A stretch of 64,000 nt of DNA from Paraphysomonas bandaiensis (GCA_965644295.1 CBFFRP010000180.1:1-64000), one strand, 5' to 3'. Counted from the stretch's first letter, positions 13,589-27,600 are shown. Numbers and translations are program-made. The notes: generated by a model not told the origin, from the sequence alone.

Positions 13589-14410
13589 ATGGCCAACACA
13601 AAGAGAAGAAGTTCATCTGCCACTGAAGGTGCAAGAATAACGAAAGTAAAGAAAGTAAGAAAGAATTGCCCGCTGGATGATGCAATGCAGGGAGAAATTG
13701 CCTATATCGAAGACATGCTCACGTGGCTCCAACATTGAGAAACTTGGAAACTCTTTTGTACTGCCTAGATAATAATGTGTGGCGAGGTCATGAAGGGCGC
13801 TTTGTAGTCATCAACAACGGGGAACTGTTGCCATGTTCTTTTAGTCGTGAATTTGATGTTTTCGGAGATGAGGAGTTGAAGGATAGAGCGGGTGACTGCA
13901 TATATACAGCTCCATCCGCTGAGAAACATAAGCGCTACACTATGGTGTCATCGAATGTAACTTCGTCCCCCTTTGAAAGTGAACTTACAATGCCAGTTAA
14001 ACTCATTGCTGTGACAGGTGCTGCCACAGTTGAGCGCGAAGGTACATCATGTTTAGTAGACTGGCAAAAAGAAGACAAAGATTTAGTATCTGATTCTCTG
14101 AAGGGTAAAACATATTCATGTGTTAGAAGGACTTGGTTCCCAGTTCCGTTTTGGGGGGAGAATGCGACAACGCTCCCAAACACAAGTGCCAAAAAGCGTA
14201 CTTGTTGAAACCGCGAATGGGGAACAGCGCGCTAGCAGGTTGATATTTGATGAAGGCGCGTTGCAGACCCAAGTGGGCGATATGGCTCCTGTTGATGTTA
14301 AAACACTTTTGCTTCCACCCCCTGTGTGTAAGTTTTTGATCTTCCTAAAACTGTTGCTCAATCTTCCGCCTAAACCACTATCAGGGTGCCTAAAATATCA
14401 GCTTCACTAG
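13589..14410 (+). pseudogene. Frameshifted gene relic, possibly a DUF5678-like plus retropepsin-like aspartyl protease protein
   Basis: Three overlapping ORFs in shifting frames. EGRFVVINNGELL and VETANG resemble motifs of those families, but there is no intact DTG. Confidence 0.3.
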
Positions 14411-15134
14411 TGTTAGGGCGTGATATTTTATTCGAACATTTTAATTTGTCAACATCTAAAGAACCTGGTCAGAATGTGCAGTTGACTTTGCATGAACGCG
14501 AACAAAACCCCTCCTCGTAGATCTCTTCGGAGCCACGTTATTAGTGGATTCAATCGTGTTGGAGAAACAATCACTGGTGTTGTGAATGTCGTGAAAAGGA
14601 CTGCTGGTATCAGGGAACGCAAGGTTGGAGAAAGCAGCGAAAAAGATGATTGCTGAGACAATTGTATATATCTGAATCTGAATATTATGCCGTTCATACA
14701 GGCAAACGTCATTTAGATGGTGCATCGGGCAAAACAGTTTATCATCTATTTATCGTTCTATTAACTATATTGTCTAAGGAATACTATGTTAGGATTATCA
14801 TTCTAAGTAATAAGTAACTTGTTAAGTTGTATTCAGTAATAAACAGAAAATTATAATAAGAATTGTGAATTGGCTAGAGAGTCAATTCACTCACATCACT
14901 TCACTTCACAATCACACACTATCGCCAGCCTCACCATCACCAACGGATACATTTTATGTTAGTGGTGTGCTGTGATGTTATGGTGGTATACCGGCATACT
15001 CTTTTTATTAAAACATTATTTTTGAACGCTAAAAAGTATTCCACAATTTTTTTGAGATTTACGTTTTTTACAAGTAGTTTTTTATTTGGCATTTGCTTAT
15101 ATTTAGTATTTTGGAATGAATTTTGGATTTCATT

Positions 15135-16000
15135 TTAAGCCGGTATACGGTATACCACACACCAGGCAAGCGAGGAGCAAAATAGTGACAACAAGGAGCT
15201 GTGTAGGCAGGCAGCTACGCGGACTGTAATGTTCAATATTTCTAGATCAAAGGATGACGGAACGAGAATTGAATAATTATTTACTGCAATTAAAAACATT
15301 ATTGCATTAATCATCCCTAGGCACTTCGCAGGAATGGGCGTTATTGGCATCTTTACAATTTCAGGTGGTGCCCAAAGTGAAACAACAGAGACTCCATTTC
15401 TAACTACAACTGGTGTCGCAGGTATAGATGATGTGGCTGTATCGTGTACAGGGGCCCGGTTTATCTGACTTAGTAATAACTCTATCCGATTAAGTTGAGC
15501 CTTCAAGTTCATAATTTCATCGAAATAGGTTTGTTTCAATTCAGCAATATTCGAACTGAGGGCTATGATTGCATTACGTGAGTCCGACACGCAAGTCCTT
15601 CATCGTCATCTCAGGCGTTTGGTCACTAAGTTTTGTTCCATCGCGATCACATATCTTCACGTATTCCTTCATTATATTGAGGTGTAAATTTCGATACCAT
15701 GTGCCATTAAATACGGTCGTCCCTGGATTTTCACTCTCGATCTTCATTCGGAGTTTGGAGACGTAGTTGAGTCGGTTTCTTGATTTTGACAGTATCAATT
15801 ATGAAATTAGCAAATCTACCGAGTAAATCACACGTAGTTTTGACTTCCTTAAAGTAATCATCGTTGTATACGGGATAGAGATGGGGATACCTCGCCGCAT
15901 CGATCCCGTGACTCTTCCAGATGAAATTGTTGAAGTGGTTCATCACAGTCATAAGGGATCTCTTGTACTCACGGCTGGTGCTATCTGCCAGATTCTCACC
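15135..16000 (-). mobile_element. Probable Crypton (tyrosine recombinase) relic, internally deleted
   Basis: ENLADSTSREYKRSL...NYVSKLR...WYRNL...TPEMTMKDL resembles the N-terminal core-binding domain of YR elements. It is frameshifted and followed directly by a coiled-coil segment; the catalytic domain is absent. Confidence 0.4.
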
Positions 16001-16556
16001 AGGTCGTCTAAGACAGAACCATCATCACTTGTGAGTTCCATATCTATTACAAGAATATAATGTGTACGCTAAGATTATACCAATATCACCATTACAAGGT
16101 ATGAAGACAGCAGTACGGCGCAGTGATGGATCTTCTGAGGATGGAGGACATGGTGGTGGATTATACGCACTTTTAGTCCTCAAAAAGCACGAGTTTCTAC
16201 TGTTGTATAGGGAATATACGTTAGCGGGGTTGTTGACTGGGAAAGTCCTGGAGATATGGTACATGGTACACTTTTTTTTTTGCCTACTCGAATATTTTTC
16301 GGCGAATGAAACCTCTTGAAGATACTGCGAGAGCCAGAGATTGAAGAGTTTAAATTTCGTAATTTTCTTTTTTTGTGAAGTGGACACACCAGAGCGATGA
16401 CGGCACTGGCACTGGCACTGTATCCACATCCACAGCACACATTCATATGCCATAGAATCGAATAACACCCACAACAATCGAGATCGAGTGTTGAGTATTC
16501 GAAGAGAGAATTGTTATCATCACTAGTTGAGTGTACTGGGTCAGGATATAGAGGGT

Positions 16557-19500
16557 ATGGAGCAGTCCTGCAGCGGATCCAAGACCCACCCCATGGCTGA
16601 CGTGTCTCTGGCTTGTCTCGACAGGAATTTCGTGCTTAATTTACCCAACATTGAGGTGACGTCTATAGACATTTCCGCACATGGATGTTTTGTTCTGGCT
16701 GGATGCAGCAATGGAATGGTGGTGCTGTTCGACATGACCTCTAATGACAAGTAAGCCTGCTATTACCGTATACTACTTCATGTCCTGCAGCTTTGTTCCA
16801 CTGTGTCGTCTTCTGTGTACTTCATATATATAACATATGTACATATCTAACACTTATATCTTTGAGTGATGTGCACCACTCATCTGGTTATGTAGGCACG
16901 GCACATTAGTGGGCCATATTCGTGCGAAAGGCATGCATACGAACTTACTTCTTACCGTCAAGTTTACAGAAGATTGTCGATTTGGGTTCGCTGGGGTCAT
17001 GAAGGGCTCGATGGAGATGTTAGCTATTGATGTTGGAAAACTTCAAGTTTGGCATAAAAAGGCACTGAACTGTGCTAACTCAAGCGTGAGTAGTTCCGGA
17101 AGTAAGTCATCCAAGCCTCCTCTATCAGGTCTTAAAATATCTTCCAAGAGATCCAGTATAGTTGATTCAAATGGACTCCGACATAACAGTAAAGCGGCCA
17201 AGCTAGTTCGTACCTACAATCACTTAGACCCGAAATTACGAGGATTTGGTGCTGTGACCCCACTCAGAAGAGAATCTGACAGCAACATCACCAAATACGT
17301 TCTCGTGTGTGGGCGAGGTATCAAGAACGTTCACGTGTGGCTTGTTACTACTTCTACAAGTGAAGATGTGTCTCCTACTTGGGTTTGTCTTTATGATGTG
17401 CCTTCCAATGGTGTAACTATTGAAGCCCTCGGATTTCGTGAGGTTTTGGTGTCAGATAGTGCAGATCCTAGTAGTGCGCTGCTGCATGTTGCGGACGTAC
17501 CTCATTGTGGCCCTAGTGATGCAGAATGCTCGAACACTACACCAGTAGAATCCAATACTCCAGTTGTATCGCCTGGTGGATTTGTTGTACCAACTCGCAG
17601 GTTGGAGATGATGTCTAAGAGTGTGGGTATGTGTGTTCGCGTTTGGGACCTGTCCAACTTGGAGAAGGATGCTGAGTCCAACAAAATCCCGTATGAGGAT
17701 ATACCCAACAGCGCAGACTGCAGGACTTTTTCTGAAAACGGCTTCTTGGCATTTGGAGGCACATATGATTTTTCCGTCATGAGAATTGATGCACCGAAAT
17801 GGGCCAACAGGTATGCACCTAATAGCACTTTATGTGCGAGTATTGCAGACAGCACGGGCGTATAGTTGTATGCTATGCTGAATGGTATTGTGATGCACCC
17901 CCAATGTATATGTATAGATTCGGGGGAAAAAGTGTGGAATAATATTGTAAATACTTCTTATGTTTGGTCGAAATATTGTCAGGGAGTGCTATGAAGTTCC
18001 ATCGCGATGTTTAGAGGACGACAATGGTCAACGTAGAAGGAGGTTGGTTTTAAATGATGTACAAACTGTAGTGTTTTGAATGCACGCCCTTGAATGATCA
18101 GGTAATCTTCTGACTGATATTTGTAGGCTAATGCGTCAGATCCAGGAAGTGATATCATGTCAGGATGGGCACCATGCTTTGGCTCTGTGCACAGACGGAG
18201 GAGTGCTGTACTATAGCTCTCCCTTAGAGTATTCGACTGAAAGCTACACTACCCATATACAGACTGAAAAAGATGATATCACAGTGAGCACGTCAGGTCA
18301 TACTTTGACTTCATCTTCGAATGTAAACACACCAAACGCGCTCCCTAGAAGTATTTCCGATTCTTCTGTGGAGTCGTCTGCTTCAACTGCAAGTTCGGCG
18401 CCCAAGCGGCCTGCTGTTCGACCAGGAAGTTTACTGGAATTTTCCTCTCTCGTTCGCGAAGTGGAGGTGGGTCCTGAGTATATGACGGACGATGCGTGGT
18501 GCCTGAAAAGAGTGACGAAGAGAGGGATTCTTGTACTTATCCGAGCCTGTAGAGGTGCGTCTGACTTAAGAATATTTTGTATGTAGTATGTACATAGTAC
18601 ACCTTGTGGTAAAGAGGCAGTCAGTATACACTGTAGAATGTATTGATAACATGTTGCAAGCACATGGCCTTTTGGAGTACTATTTATATATAATGATCGT
18701 TTTTTTCGTTGATCTGGTGACGTACGCAGCATGTGTGAGTGTAGAATAGTGTGGTATGATTCGCAAGTTCAGTTATGACGTGGCTTGTTTCACAGGAGTA
18801 GCCACCGATGATGAGGACCCTGGGGCCATAATTGATGTGAGCATACTCTCAGGTGAAATGATTTGCATAGGAGATGCGGATATATATGGCTTTATGTATT
18901 GATGTATCGTTATTTTCAAACCCGCAGTTGTAATATGTCGTTGTGGTGTATCTTAGATCTGGTTCCCGAAGAAGTTACAGATAGTGCTATTCCCTCCGCT
19001 CTAATCGCTAATGGCTACAAATGGCATAACTATGATGTATACCATGATCCCACCCCGACTATGAATTGGGATAAACCACCCGTATCCGATGTTCCTAAGC
19101 GCTCTAAAGCCATTGTCACTACTCCGCGAGCATCCAAACAAAATAATTCTAATTCAGAAAATGTTGAAAGTATAGCTAAAGGAAAAGGCTATAGTACTCC
19201 AACCCTTGCACCTATCCCCAACCATGAGGCCAAAAAAGTGAAAGGGATATCACCACAAGAAGCCTCAGCCCCAAGTACACGGTCTTCAAGTGGAGACTTA
19301 ACTTCAAACACTAGTCGAGGGCGTAATAGGGGGCTAGCCAGCGACTCGAAGAATCCAAAGCCTTCGCTGAATGCAGTTTCAAAAAGGCTTTATACATCTA
19401 CTGAGTCTAGCTCTAGTACTTCCACTGCATCATGTGAAAGTTCTACTATTGGGACAAGAACAAGGGTCAGAAAAGAAGAGGAAAATACATGGGAGTATCT

Positions 19501-20451
19501 TGAAGGGGCTCTTCAGCCTTTTACTGCGACCTCGGCTCTTTCTTCAGTTTCCACTTGTGCCGGTAAAGTATTGCGTCTTAATATTTATGAAAACTTTGAA
19601 AAGTGTATACTAGGAGAAAAAAAAATGAAAAAAGTGCACGTGAGGCCCATAACCCCTTGTCCAACTGTGAAGAGAGTTAAACCGTCGACTGTAGTACATG
19701 TAAGTTTATTGTGTTCTGGTCGAGGTATAGTATTATATTCTACCAATAGGCAGTGAAGTCCGTCCATCCAGCGATAAAGGAGGTGCAGTCATTGTATAAT
19801 GATTGGCTTAAAATATTCCCTGTATACAAAAAAAATGTAAGTTCTTGAAGTCGTACACTGTTCTACGTATCGAATACCTTGTCTATGGCGTATGATAAAT
19901 ATTCGGCGCAAACACACGTGCTGACCGTTTTCTTGTACCTGTTATAGGATACTGTGGCCACTGGATATTGTGAATTAGGTTTTCATGCATCCACTTTTGT
20001 GGAGTTTGCACTACAGCAGCAGCATTCACTACACTATCAATTCACTTCAGAATTTTATCGGAAAGTTCTTGACGTAGTGTCGGCCGCTGTGAATAGTGTT
20101 GAAGGTGAAGTAGATAGAAACAAGTTGGAAGAGACATGTGAATGCGTGTTAAAGGACCACCTTGATAAATATGAGGCTATCGTGGTGAGTGCAGCGCATA
20201 TGTATAACTGCATACATGTGTCACAGCTCGTTTTACTATGTCATCTCTCTAATCACATATACATCATGCAGGGTGAGATGATTCACACACAAAAAGTTGA
20301 ACTTCGTGCAAGTGCTGCACGTGACTTCCTGACCACTTCGACTTCAACTTCAGCTTCGCTCAATGACTGGAGGTTCATGCACACGGACATGTTTACTCAT
20401 GCACACGGTGTGGTTCGTGTCACCAAAGAGATACTTCAGAGACATATGTAG
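16557..20451 (+). CDS. Multi-exon protein with N-terminal WD40-like repeats and a Ser/Thr-rich C-terminal half
   Basis: VTSIDISAHGCFVLAGCSNGMVVLFDM, KNVHVW and CVRVWDL. Exons at about 16557-16750, 16896-17810, 18128-18578, 18958-19698, 19949-20184 and 20272-20451 with GT-AG introns. Confidence 0.75.
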
Positions 20452-20669
20452 AGTCTATGTCGGTTTAATTTTCTGGTGTTCTAAAATATGAAATATGGAG
20501 TTAATGTAGAAGTTAATTTTCTTAAGTAATATACAGCTGAGTGTTTACTAATACAAACAGCAATGCATATATATTGTCACTGCCGGCTATGTAATTATTG
20601 CTTTGTAGTCATATAACACCTGTAGTTCCTATTTGCATCGTAGATGATAATATGGTCTATTATCTGTTA

Positions 20670-20775
20670 CAGGGCCTGATAACCAGGGCCTGGTAACCAT
20701 TAATGGTAGTCCAGTTCCCGGCAATTATAATGGCATTAATGAAAAATGTCCCGGCAATTATAATGGCCATTAATA
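20670..20775. repeat. Orphan transposon-end-like repeat cluster
   Basis: CAGGGCCTG(A/G)TAACCA twice and CCCGGCAATTATAATGGC twice. A CAGGG start is hAT-like, but no partner end was found. Confidence 0.35.
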
Positions 20776-20899
20776 CCTACTATTATTGAAAGTCTTGTTA
20801 TTTAGCAATAGGCGTTAAAAACTCGTGCCAATATAGTGGCTAGTTGAATGCTAGACATACTAGTTAGACCTCTACCCATAACTAATCAGCACAAATTCT

Positions 20900-21477
20900 A
20901 TTATCCTACTATTTAGCGCTACAGAAGCTGCTTGTGCGTGGCCGGCAAGCACCAAGGTGCAACCACTTCCGTTCTTAATGTTGTTTGTGAGTTTCGCCCT
21001 GCTCGTGTGTCTTAGGACTCACTGGCGCGTGTTGTCCGGGGGTCGCCCCTTGGGATAAGGTTCCGCCAGGCTCTGAGGTACAGGGTTCTGCATTAAGGTC
21101 CTAAGTGTACCGAGCACTAGATGTGTGTGCTTAGAGGTTGATGGTGTGGTGGAATGTGGCATTGTCGCCGTGCACCGTCTGGGCGTCAGGCATAGGTGGA
21201 GTTGCCGGAGACGGCGTCTCCGCTGTCTAGGGCCTGGTGGTTTCATACGGTCCGGTGCTATGGTCCTATGCGTATGATTGGTGGGGTTCATATGTGCGGT
21301 GGGCGGTGTTCCAGTCTCAGTTCGTCTGTGGATTCCTAGTAATCTGAGCGGTCGCGGTCGCGGTAGGGTAACGTATCGTCTACTTCGACCTTGGATCATT
21401 AGCTTTGCTGCAGTGAAAAGCGGTTGAAGTAATCTGAGGACCGCTGATTCGATGCTGCGCAGTCCTTGGGGTGTCAG
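20900..21477 (-). mobile_element. Possible 3' fragment of a non-LTR retrotransposon
   Basis: Same strand bias and Arg/Pro/Thr/His-rich coding tail as the neighbouring LINE fragment; abuts the same minisatellite. Confidence 0.4.
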
Positions 21478-21555
21478 TATAGTGATGTATAGTGAGATGG
21501 TATAGTGGTATAATATAGTGATGTATAGTGAGATAGTATATGGGTGTATAGTGAA

Positions 21556-22345
21556 ATGTAAAAGAATATCTGATTATTACATGAGAACGGTTGCGTACAG
21601 AAACTAGTTTTACATCTATAGAATAACTAATAACTCGACTTACTATATACTACTAGTGGCGGGCTACCGTCTCGGGACTGCTTGTGCATCGCTGGAGTGG
21701 TGGTGCTTTTCTCTGTCGGGTTCGGACTCTTGCAGCGGATAGAATTCTTGGGGTGGATGTCGCTAGGAGTAGTTGGAGTAATTTTGGTGTCGGGTGAGTA
21801 TCCTGCGACGGGCGTTGCTGTGAGTGTGGTGGGGTCGTAATCGGTGTTACTGATGCCGTGTCTGTGTTGTGATGTCTGAGACCTCTGTTTCGAAGCATGC
21901 GGAGCCCTCCACCATATAGGGGAAGGAGGATAGAGGTTACGGATTTTTCGAGAACACGTGGAACTGATGTTCGAGCAGTGAGCTGGATATGTGGCGTCCG
22001 AATGCGTCGGTCAATTGTGTGGCAGTAATGTGGCCGGTCCAGTAGCGCTCAGCCTGGGGTGTGTGTGGATTCCATGCGGCTTTTGCTAGTTTGATTATGG
22101 CGGTGTGAAACTAGGGATGGGGGAGCGTGCGTGTGCGAAGTTTGTCGAACTTGTTGTGGTGTGCTTGGTGAACATCTTCACGTATGTGAGTGAGGTCCGG
22201 GTGTGTGCAGGTGAGAAGCATGTGTGCCATGTTGTCGATTGGGAGTGCACAGTCTGCGCATGCTGAGGCCGTTGTTATGTGATCAGGCCTGGTTTTTCCT
22301 TTGGCTTGGTTTCTGCCCATCGCGTATGATTTGTCCCATACGTAG
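21556..22345 (-). mobile_element. 5'-truncated non-LTR retrotransposon (LINE) 3' end
   Basis: CADC-x8-H-x4-C zinc-binding motif typical of the LINE ORF2 C-terminus (ORF 22111..22503), an in-frame stop, then a 3' UTR. Confidence 0.65.
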
Positions 22346-22670
22346 ATGTATAGTGAGATAGTGTAGTGATGTATAGTTAGGTGGTATAGTGGGTATACAG
22401 TAGATGGTATAGTGGTATAATATTGTGGGATGGTATAGTGGTGAATAGTAATGTGGTATAGGGATGTATAGTGAGATGGTATATTAGCATAGTTAGATGG
22501 CATAGTGATATATAGTTAGATGGTATAGTGGTATATATAGTGGGATGGTATCTGGGTGTATAGTGAGATGGTATAGTGGTGAGTAGTAATATGGTATAGT
22601 GATGTAGAGTGAGATGGTATATTAGCATAGTTAGATGGCATAGTGATAATATATAGTTAGATGATGGTAT
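22346..22670. repeat. Degenerate minisatellite (TATAGTGAGATGG-like); also at 21478-21555 and, inverted, at 23513-23705
   Basis: Repeated GGTATAGTG/TATAGTGAGATGG units are visible. Confidence 0.9.
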
Positions 22671-22671
22671 A

Positions 22672-24137
22672 AAGTCGAGGTAATACCAAAACCTGGTTTT
22701 TGATGTAAAACCTGGTGAAATTTATGATGATGGTTGGAAAAGGGTATAACTATGCACAATAAGTAACTATGAAGATAATAACAGTATGAAAACTATTATT
22801 TATAATATTTTTTACTAATTTCTTCCATATTACGTCAGTTCTACAGCAATAAAAGTCACCGACTACACATATATATTACATACGTGAAGATGTTCACCAA
22901 GCACACCACAACAAGTTCGACAAACTTCGCACACGCACGCTCCCCCATCCCTAGTTTCACACCGCCATAATCAAACTAGCAAAAGCCGCATGGAATCCAC
23001 ATACACCCCAGGCTGAGCGCTACTGGACCGGCCACATTACTGCCACACAATTGACCGACGCATTAGGACGCCACATATCCAGCTCACTGCTTGAACATCA
23101 GTTCCACGTGTTCTCGAAAAATCCGTAACCTCTATCCTCCTTCCCCTATATGGTGGAGGGCTCCGCATGCTTCGAAACAGAGGTCTCAGACATCACAACA
23201 CAGACACGGCATCAGTAACACCGATTACGACCCCACCACACTCTCACAGCAACGCCCGTCGCAGGATACTCACCCGACACCAAAATTACTCCAACTACTC
23301 CTAGCGACATCCACCCCAAGAATTCTATCCGCTGCAAGAGTCCGAACCCGACAGAGAAAAGCACCACCACTCCAGCGATGCACAAGCAGTCCCGAGACGG
23401 TAGCCCGCCACTAGTAGTATATAGTAAGTCGAGTTATTAGTTATTCTATAGATGTAAAACTAGTTTCTGTACGCAACCGTTCTCAAGTAATAATCAGATA
23501 TTCTTTTACATTTCACTATACACCTATATACTATCTCACTATACATCACTATATTATACCACTATACCATCTCACTATACATCACTCTACCATCTCACTA
23601 TATACCACTACACTATCTCACTATATACCACTATACCATCTCACTATATGCCACTATACTGTCTCACTATGCACCCAGATACAATCTCACTATATGCCAC
23701 TATACTTTCTCACACACCCCAACGCGGTATTGTTGTGCGTTGTTACTATACACTGTACTAACTGCTTATGATCCTTCACCTGCTTATGATCCTCCACCAT
23801 TGTGCCGCGTCGTTTCCGATCATAGGTACTAATACTACTGTAAGTAGTAGTGGTAACGATAGCTGTATGCGTATGCAATGTATCCAAAATCAGGCTATTC
23901 GGTTGGAGCATTTGCAGTCTCAAGCGAAGCAGATGTAGCTATATGAGAATATGATATTACAAAACACAAGTAATTATAGCAGGGCCAACTTGTAACGCAA
24001 TAAATACTGCTAATAACAACTATACTTGCGACTTTTTCTTTATCTTTAACCTATCAGATACAAATTACAGAAAACTCAATACTTATATATAAAACCTGGT
24101 AAAATTTCTTTACCAGGTTTTGGTATTACCTCGACTT
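22672..24137. mobile_element. Second TIR element, related to 2447-5269, with an extra right end at 24476-24602
   Basis: Perfect 26-bp TIR AAGTCGAGGTAATACCAAAACCTGGT at 22672, with its reverse complement ending at 24137 and again at 24602. Confidence 0.85.
22878..23586 (+). repeat. ~710-bp near-identical inverted copy of 21481-22187
   Basis: The same peptide is encoded on opposite strands (ORFs 21653..21898 and 23091..23414); only scattered substitutions. Confidence 0.95.
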
Positions 24138-24639
24138 AGTTGTGGAAGGGAAGAATTCCAGGCCCTACTGGAGAGCCTCTGTAGTACAGTGGTGGTTCAC
24201 TGGGGTAGTACCTGATTTCTCAGTTCTTCTTGAAGCGCATTTTTCTCACTGCGTTATGTCAGAACATGAGGCCGTAGCGTTGGTCTCTGAGGGTAGTGTG
24301 GCCTCCAGCGTCCGTTGATTGCGGAGGGATTTGAAGTCCGTGAGCAGGGGGCTAGTGCGATGCGGCCGTCGTTCCCCGGTTAGGCGCCAGTGTCATAAAC
24401 CCTCGGTGAGTATTTGCTCAAAGGATTGGTCCACTTCTATTTTACAGACAGTGTAATTTTGTCGTCCCAGTAGTCTAATAACAACTATACTTTTTCTTTA
24501 TCTTTAACCTATCAGATACAAATTACAGTAAAATATTACCTCAATACTTATATATGAAACCTGGTGAAATTGCTTTACCAGGTTTTGGTATTACCTCGAC
24601 TTAGTGACTCATGAATGTGATCTCCAAAAACCGTCTCGG

Positions 24640-27600
24640 GTAGTGCAGTTGTGATGGGTGTGATGACCAGCGGGTGGATACATGTAAATTTCCTCTTGGA
24701 GGTCTGCATTGATGTAAGCAGTGGAGAAATCTACCTGGTGAAGCTCCAACCCAAGTATAGTTGCTAGTGCTATGACTGTTCTCATTGATGTGGCCTTTGC
24801 GACTGGGCTGTAGGTTTCGTTGTAGTCTATACCCTCGACCTGGGAGAAACCTTGAGCCACTAACCTCGCCTTGAAGGTAACCTCATCTTGCTTGACCTTT
24901 ACCCTAAACACGAATTTTCCCCTTATGATGTTGGAATTTGCTGGTGGTGTCGTTATCCTCCAACCTGTACCTGCTTGATAGTGCCTCACCAACATTGTTA
25001 GGTGTGTTAGGTACATCATTGCTACATATGTCATTCATGCATAATGTTCTGTAACTATCATGTTTATCAGGTGTTTTGTGGTTGTACAGATATCGTTTAT
25101 CAACATCACAGTCGTATATATTGTCACCGAATTTGTGTACATTCATGATTACCCTTTTTCTAGTCTGCCTCTTGCTGTGGAGACTTTTCTTTACGCAACG
25201 CTCACCTTGTGACGGTGGGGTGTCCTTACACCCATAATTGTGCCATCCGGGCTTTTTGCCGGCTCCTTTCACCCTGGAAATTCACAGTATTGATAGCTCG
25301 TTTGACCTTACGAGCAGGGTGATCACACTTGTTGTCACCCCGTGACTTCTTCGGCACTGTATTCCGCTGAGCTTCTGCTGTGCGGCGAGGCTTTGAGTTG
25401 GGTCATTCCAACGAGGTATTGGAAGCTCTCGGCTGTTCGATTCTCTGAATTTTCTTCTCTCAGTGATGATTCGATTTCAGCGTAATAGTTTTCTTTGATG
25501 TCGGGGATGCACTCATTGAAAAAGACGTGACTTGAGATAATAAAGTCCTTGAGTGAAGGTACATATATGACGTACCCCCTGGTCCATCCTCTCGGTATCC
25601 CATGAAGTATGCCGATATGGTGTGGAGACCAATCGTTTGAGACTTGTCTATGAATGTATGGCATTTGCAGCCCCAGATCCTGGCGTAAGATAAATCAGGG
25701 GCCTCGTCGTGGATGAACTGATACGGTGATATGAATCCCTTTGCAGTGGCGCATGGCAGGCGATTTTTCATATGCATGACGGTGGACATGGCCTGTTCCC
25801 AGAAGTTGGGTGGTAGGCCTGAGTTCTTTCCTTGGTCGTGCGCCATGGTCGTTCTTGAATGGGGTTGTCTTCAGGCGTGTATGGAGCGTTGAAGGTCCAG
25901 GTTGAACCTAATTTTCTCAGCAAGTTCAGTACACGATGTGATACTAGCTCACGACCACCATCAGCATGATAGTGTACTAGCCGTTTGCCTTTCGAATGCA
26001 GATAATCCACAATTTTCTGAATGCACTCAATTACAAAATCCTCGGTTCTGTGTTTTCCATAGAATGTCCAACTGTATCTTGAAGCTGCATCGGTAGCTCC
26101 GAAGACTACGGTGTTTCCTGTGACTATTGCTGGAGGTGAAAATGGTCCGGTAAAATCAACTGCTATAAGTCCTCCAAGCTCCTGCGATCTTCTGGTTTTT
26201 GTCGGTATCATTTGCCTTGTCTCCTGTGAGCCTTGCCTTGTGCGCAGCCATCACAAAGGCCTTCTGGTAGCTGTGGCGAGCTCAGGTTGGATTTTGAAAT
26301 AGTGATTCCTTTTACAAGATTCAACTTTAGTGCTTTTTGAATTAAGCCAATATGGATGCGTCGGTCAACCTTCGATCTGCCAGGAAAATCGAGGAACCGC
26401 TTGATGTAGATGCCAAGTTGCACTGGTCTCGGATGTAACCTAATATGCGTGCCTCGTTTTGTCCGAATACTATGTTGCAGTCGGCGTCTGTTGTCAACTG
26501 GCTGATAGAAATTAAAGACTTTGACGCATCTGGAACTAACTTGCATTTTCTGATCAGTCCAAGCTTGCCGTATTCCAATGCCTGCATTTCTGATCCTGAT
26601 TTGGCGGTGTAGATGGTGGTTTGGTCATAAGTGAATTCGGAGAGTAAGCTTCGTGCTGCTGTAATTGATATTGTGCAGCCAGAGTCTAGAATGCCGAAGT
26701 CCTGCTTCTCGTGTTCCGTATGTAGGACGTGATTGTCTGTGATCATCCCAGAGAATGCACTGTAGTCATTGTCATCGTTTGGCCCCTCATCATCATAGTC
26801 TTCCAGTCTTTAAGTCGAATCCCGATTTTGCACTTGTAGCTCTGCTGGACTTGTTGAATTTCTTGTGTTTTGTTGGATTTCGCGGCCCGTTGTGCTTTTG
26901 CTTTTTCGATAGACGGGGGTTAAACGGCTGTTTGCCTGTTGAGCTGTAGTTTGCGCTATCCCGTTTAGTTTCCGTATTTTGTGATAGTAGGGAGCCTACA
27001 GTGGAATGCTCGAATGCTCTCAATCTTCTTATCAGCGTTTATAATCATCAATTGGGTTCATTTGGAGGTTGATTGCCAGGTCCTTATAGGTCTGGTTCTC
27101 ATTTTTGAGACCATCCCTTGTCGTATTCTTGAAATGAGGTCTTGTTCAGAGACTTTGTGGCCGTGTGTAGCGAGCTTTAATCGCAATTTTTCGACTTCGC
27201 CCAGGAATTGATTGATTGTTTGAGCTTGCTTGATTTTTATTGATTGCAGTTGGCCAATGAGGTCGGTTATCGTATCATTTGAGGTCTTGTCTTTGAAATG
27301 CTTTTCGATCTCTGACCATGCCCTTTTTCCATCTCCTTCAGGGACTGTTTCGATAATACCCTCTGCTTCCTCGTTTTGGCCAATCACCGCGCTGGATAGA
27401 AGTGACCATAGGTAATTGTTGCCCTCCTCGAAATACTGCATATTTTCGTCGTAGGCGTTTTTCCTGTATAGGTAGAGTCCTCTTCTGTTTCTTCCTCTTG
27501 ACGTATAGGCTCCTCTGGCGCATCGTTTCTTAGGATGTATACTATCTTGGGCTTACGAAAGAACCAGGCTCTACTTTTCTTCTGCCATTTTAAGAAGTTC

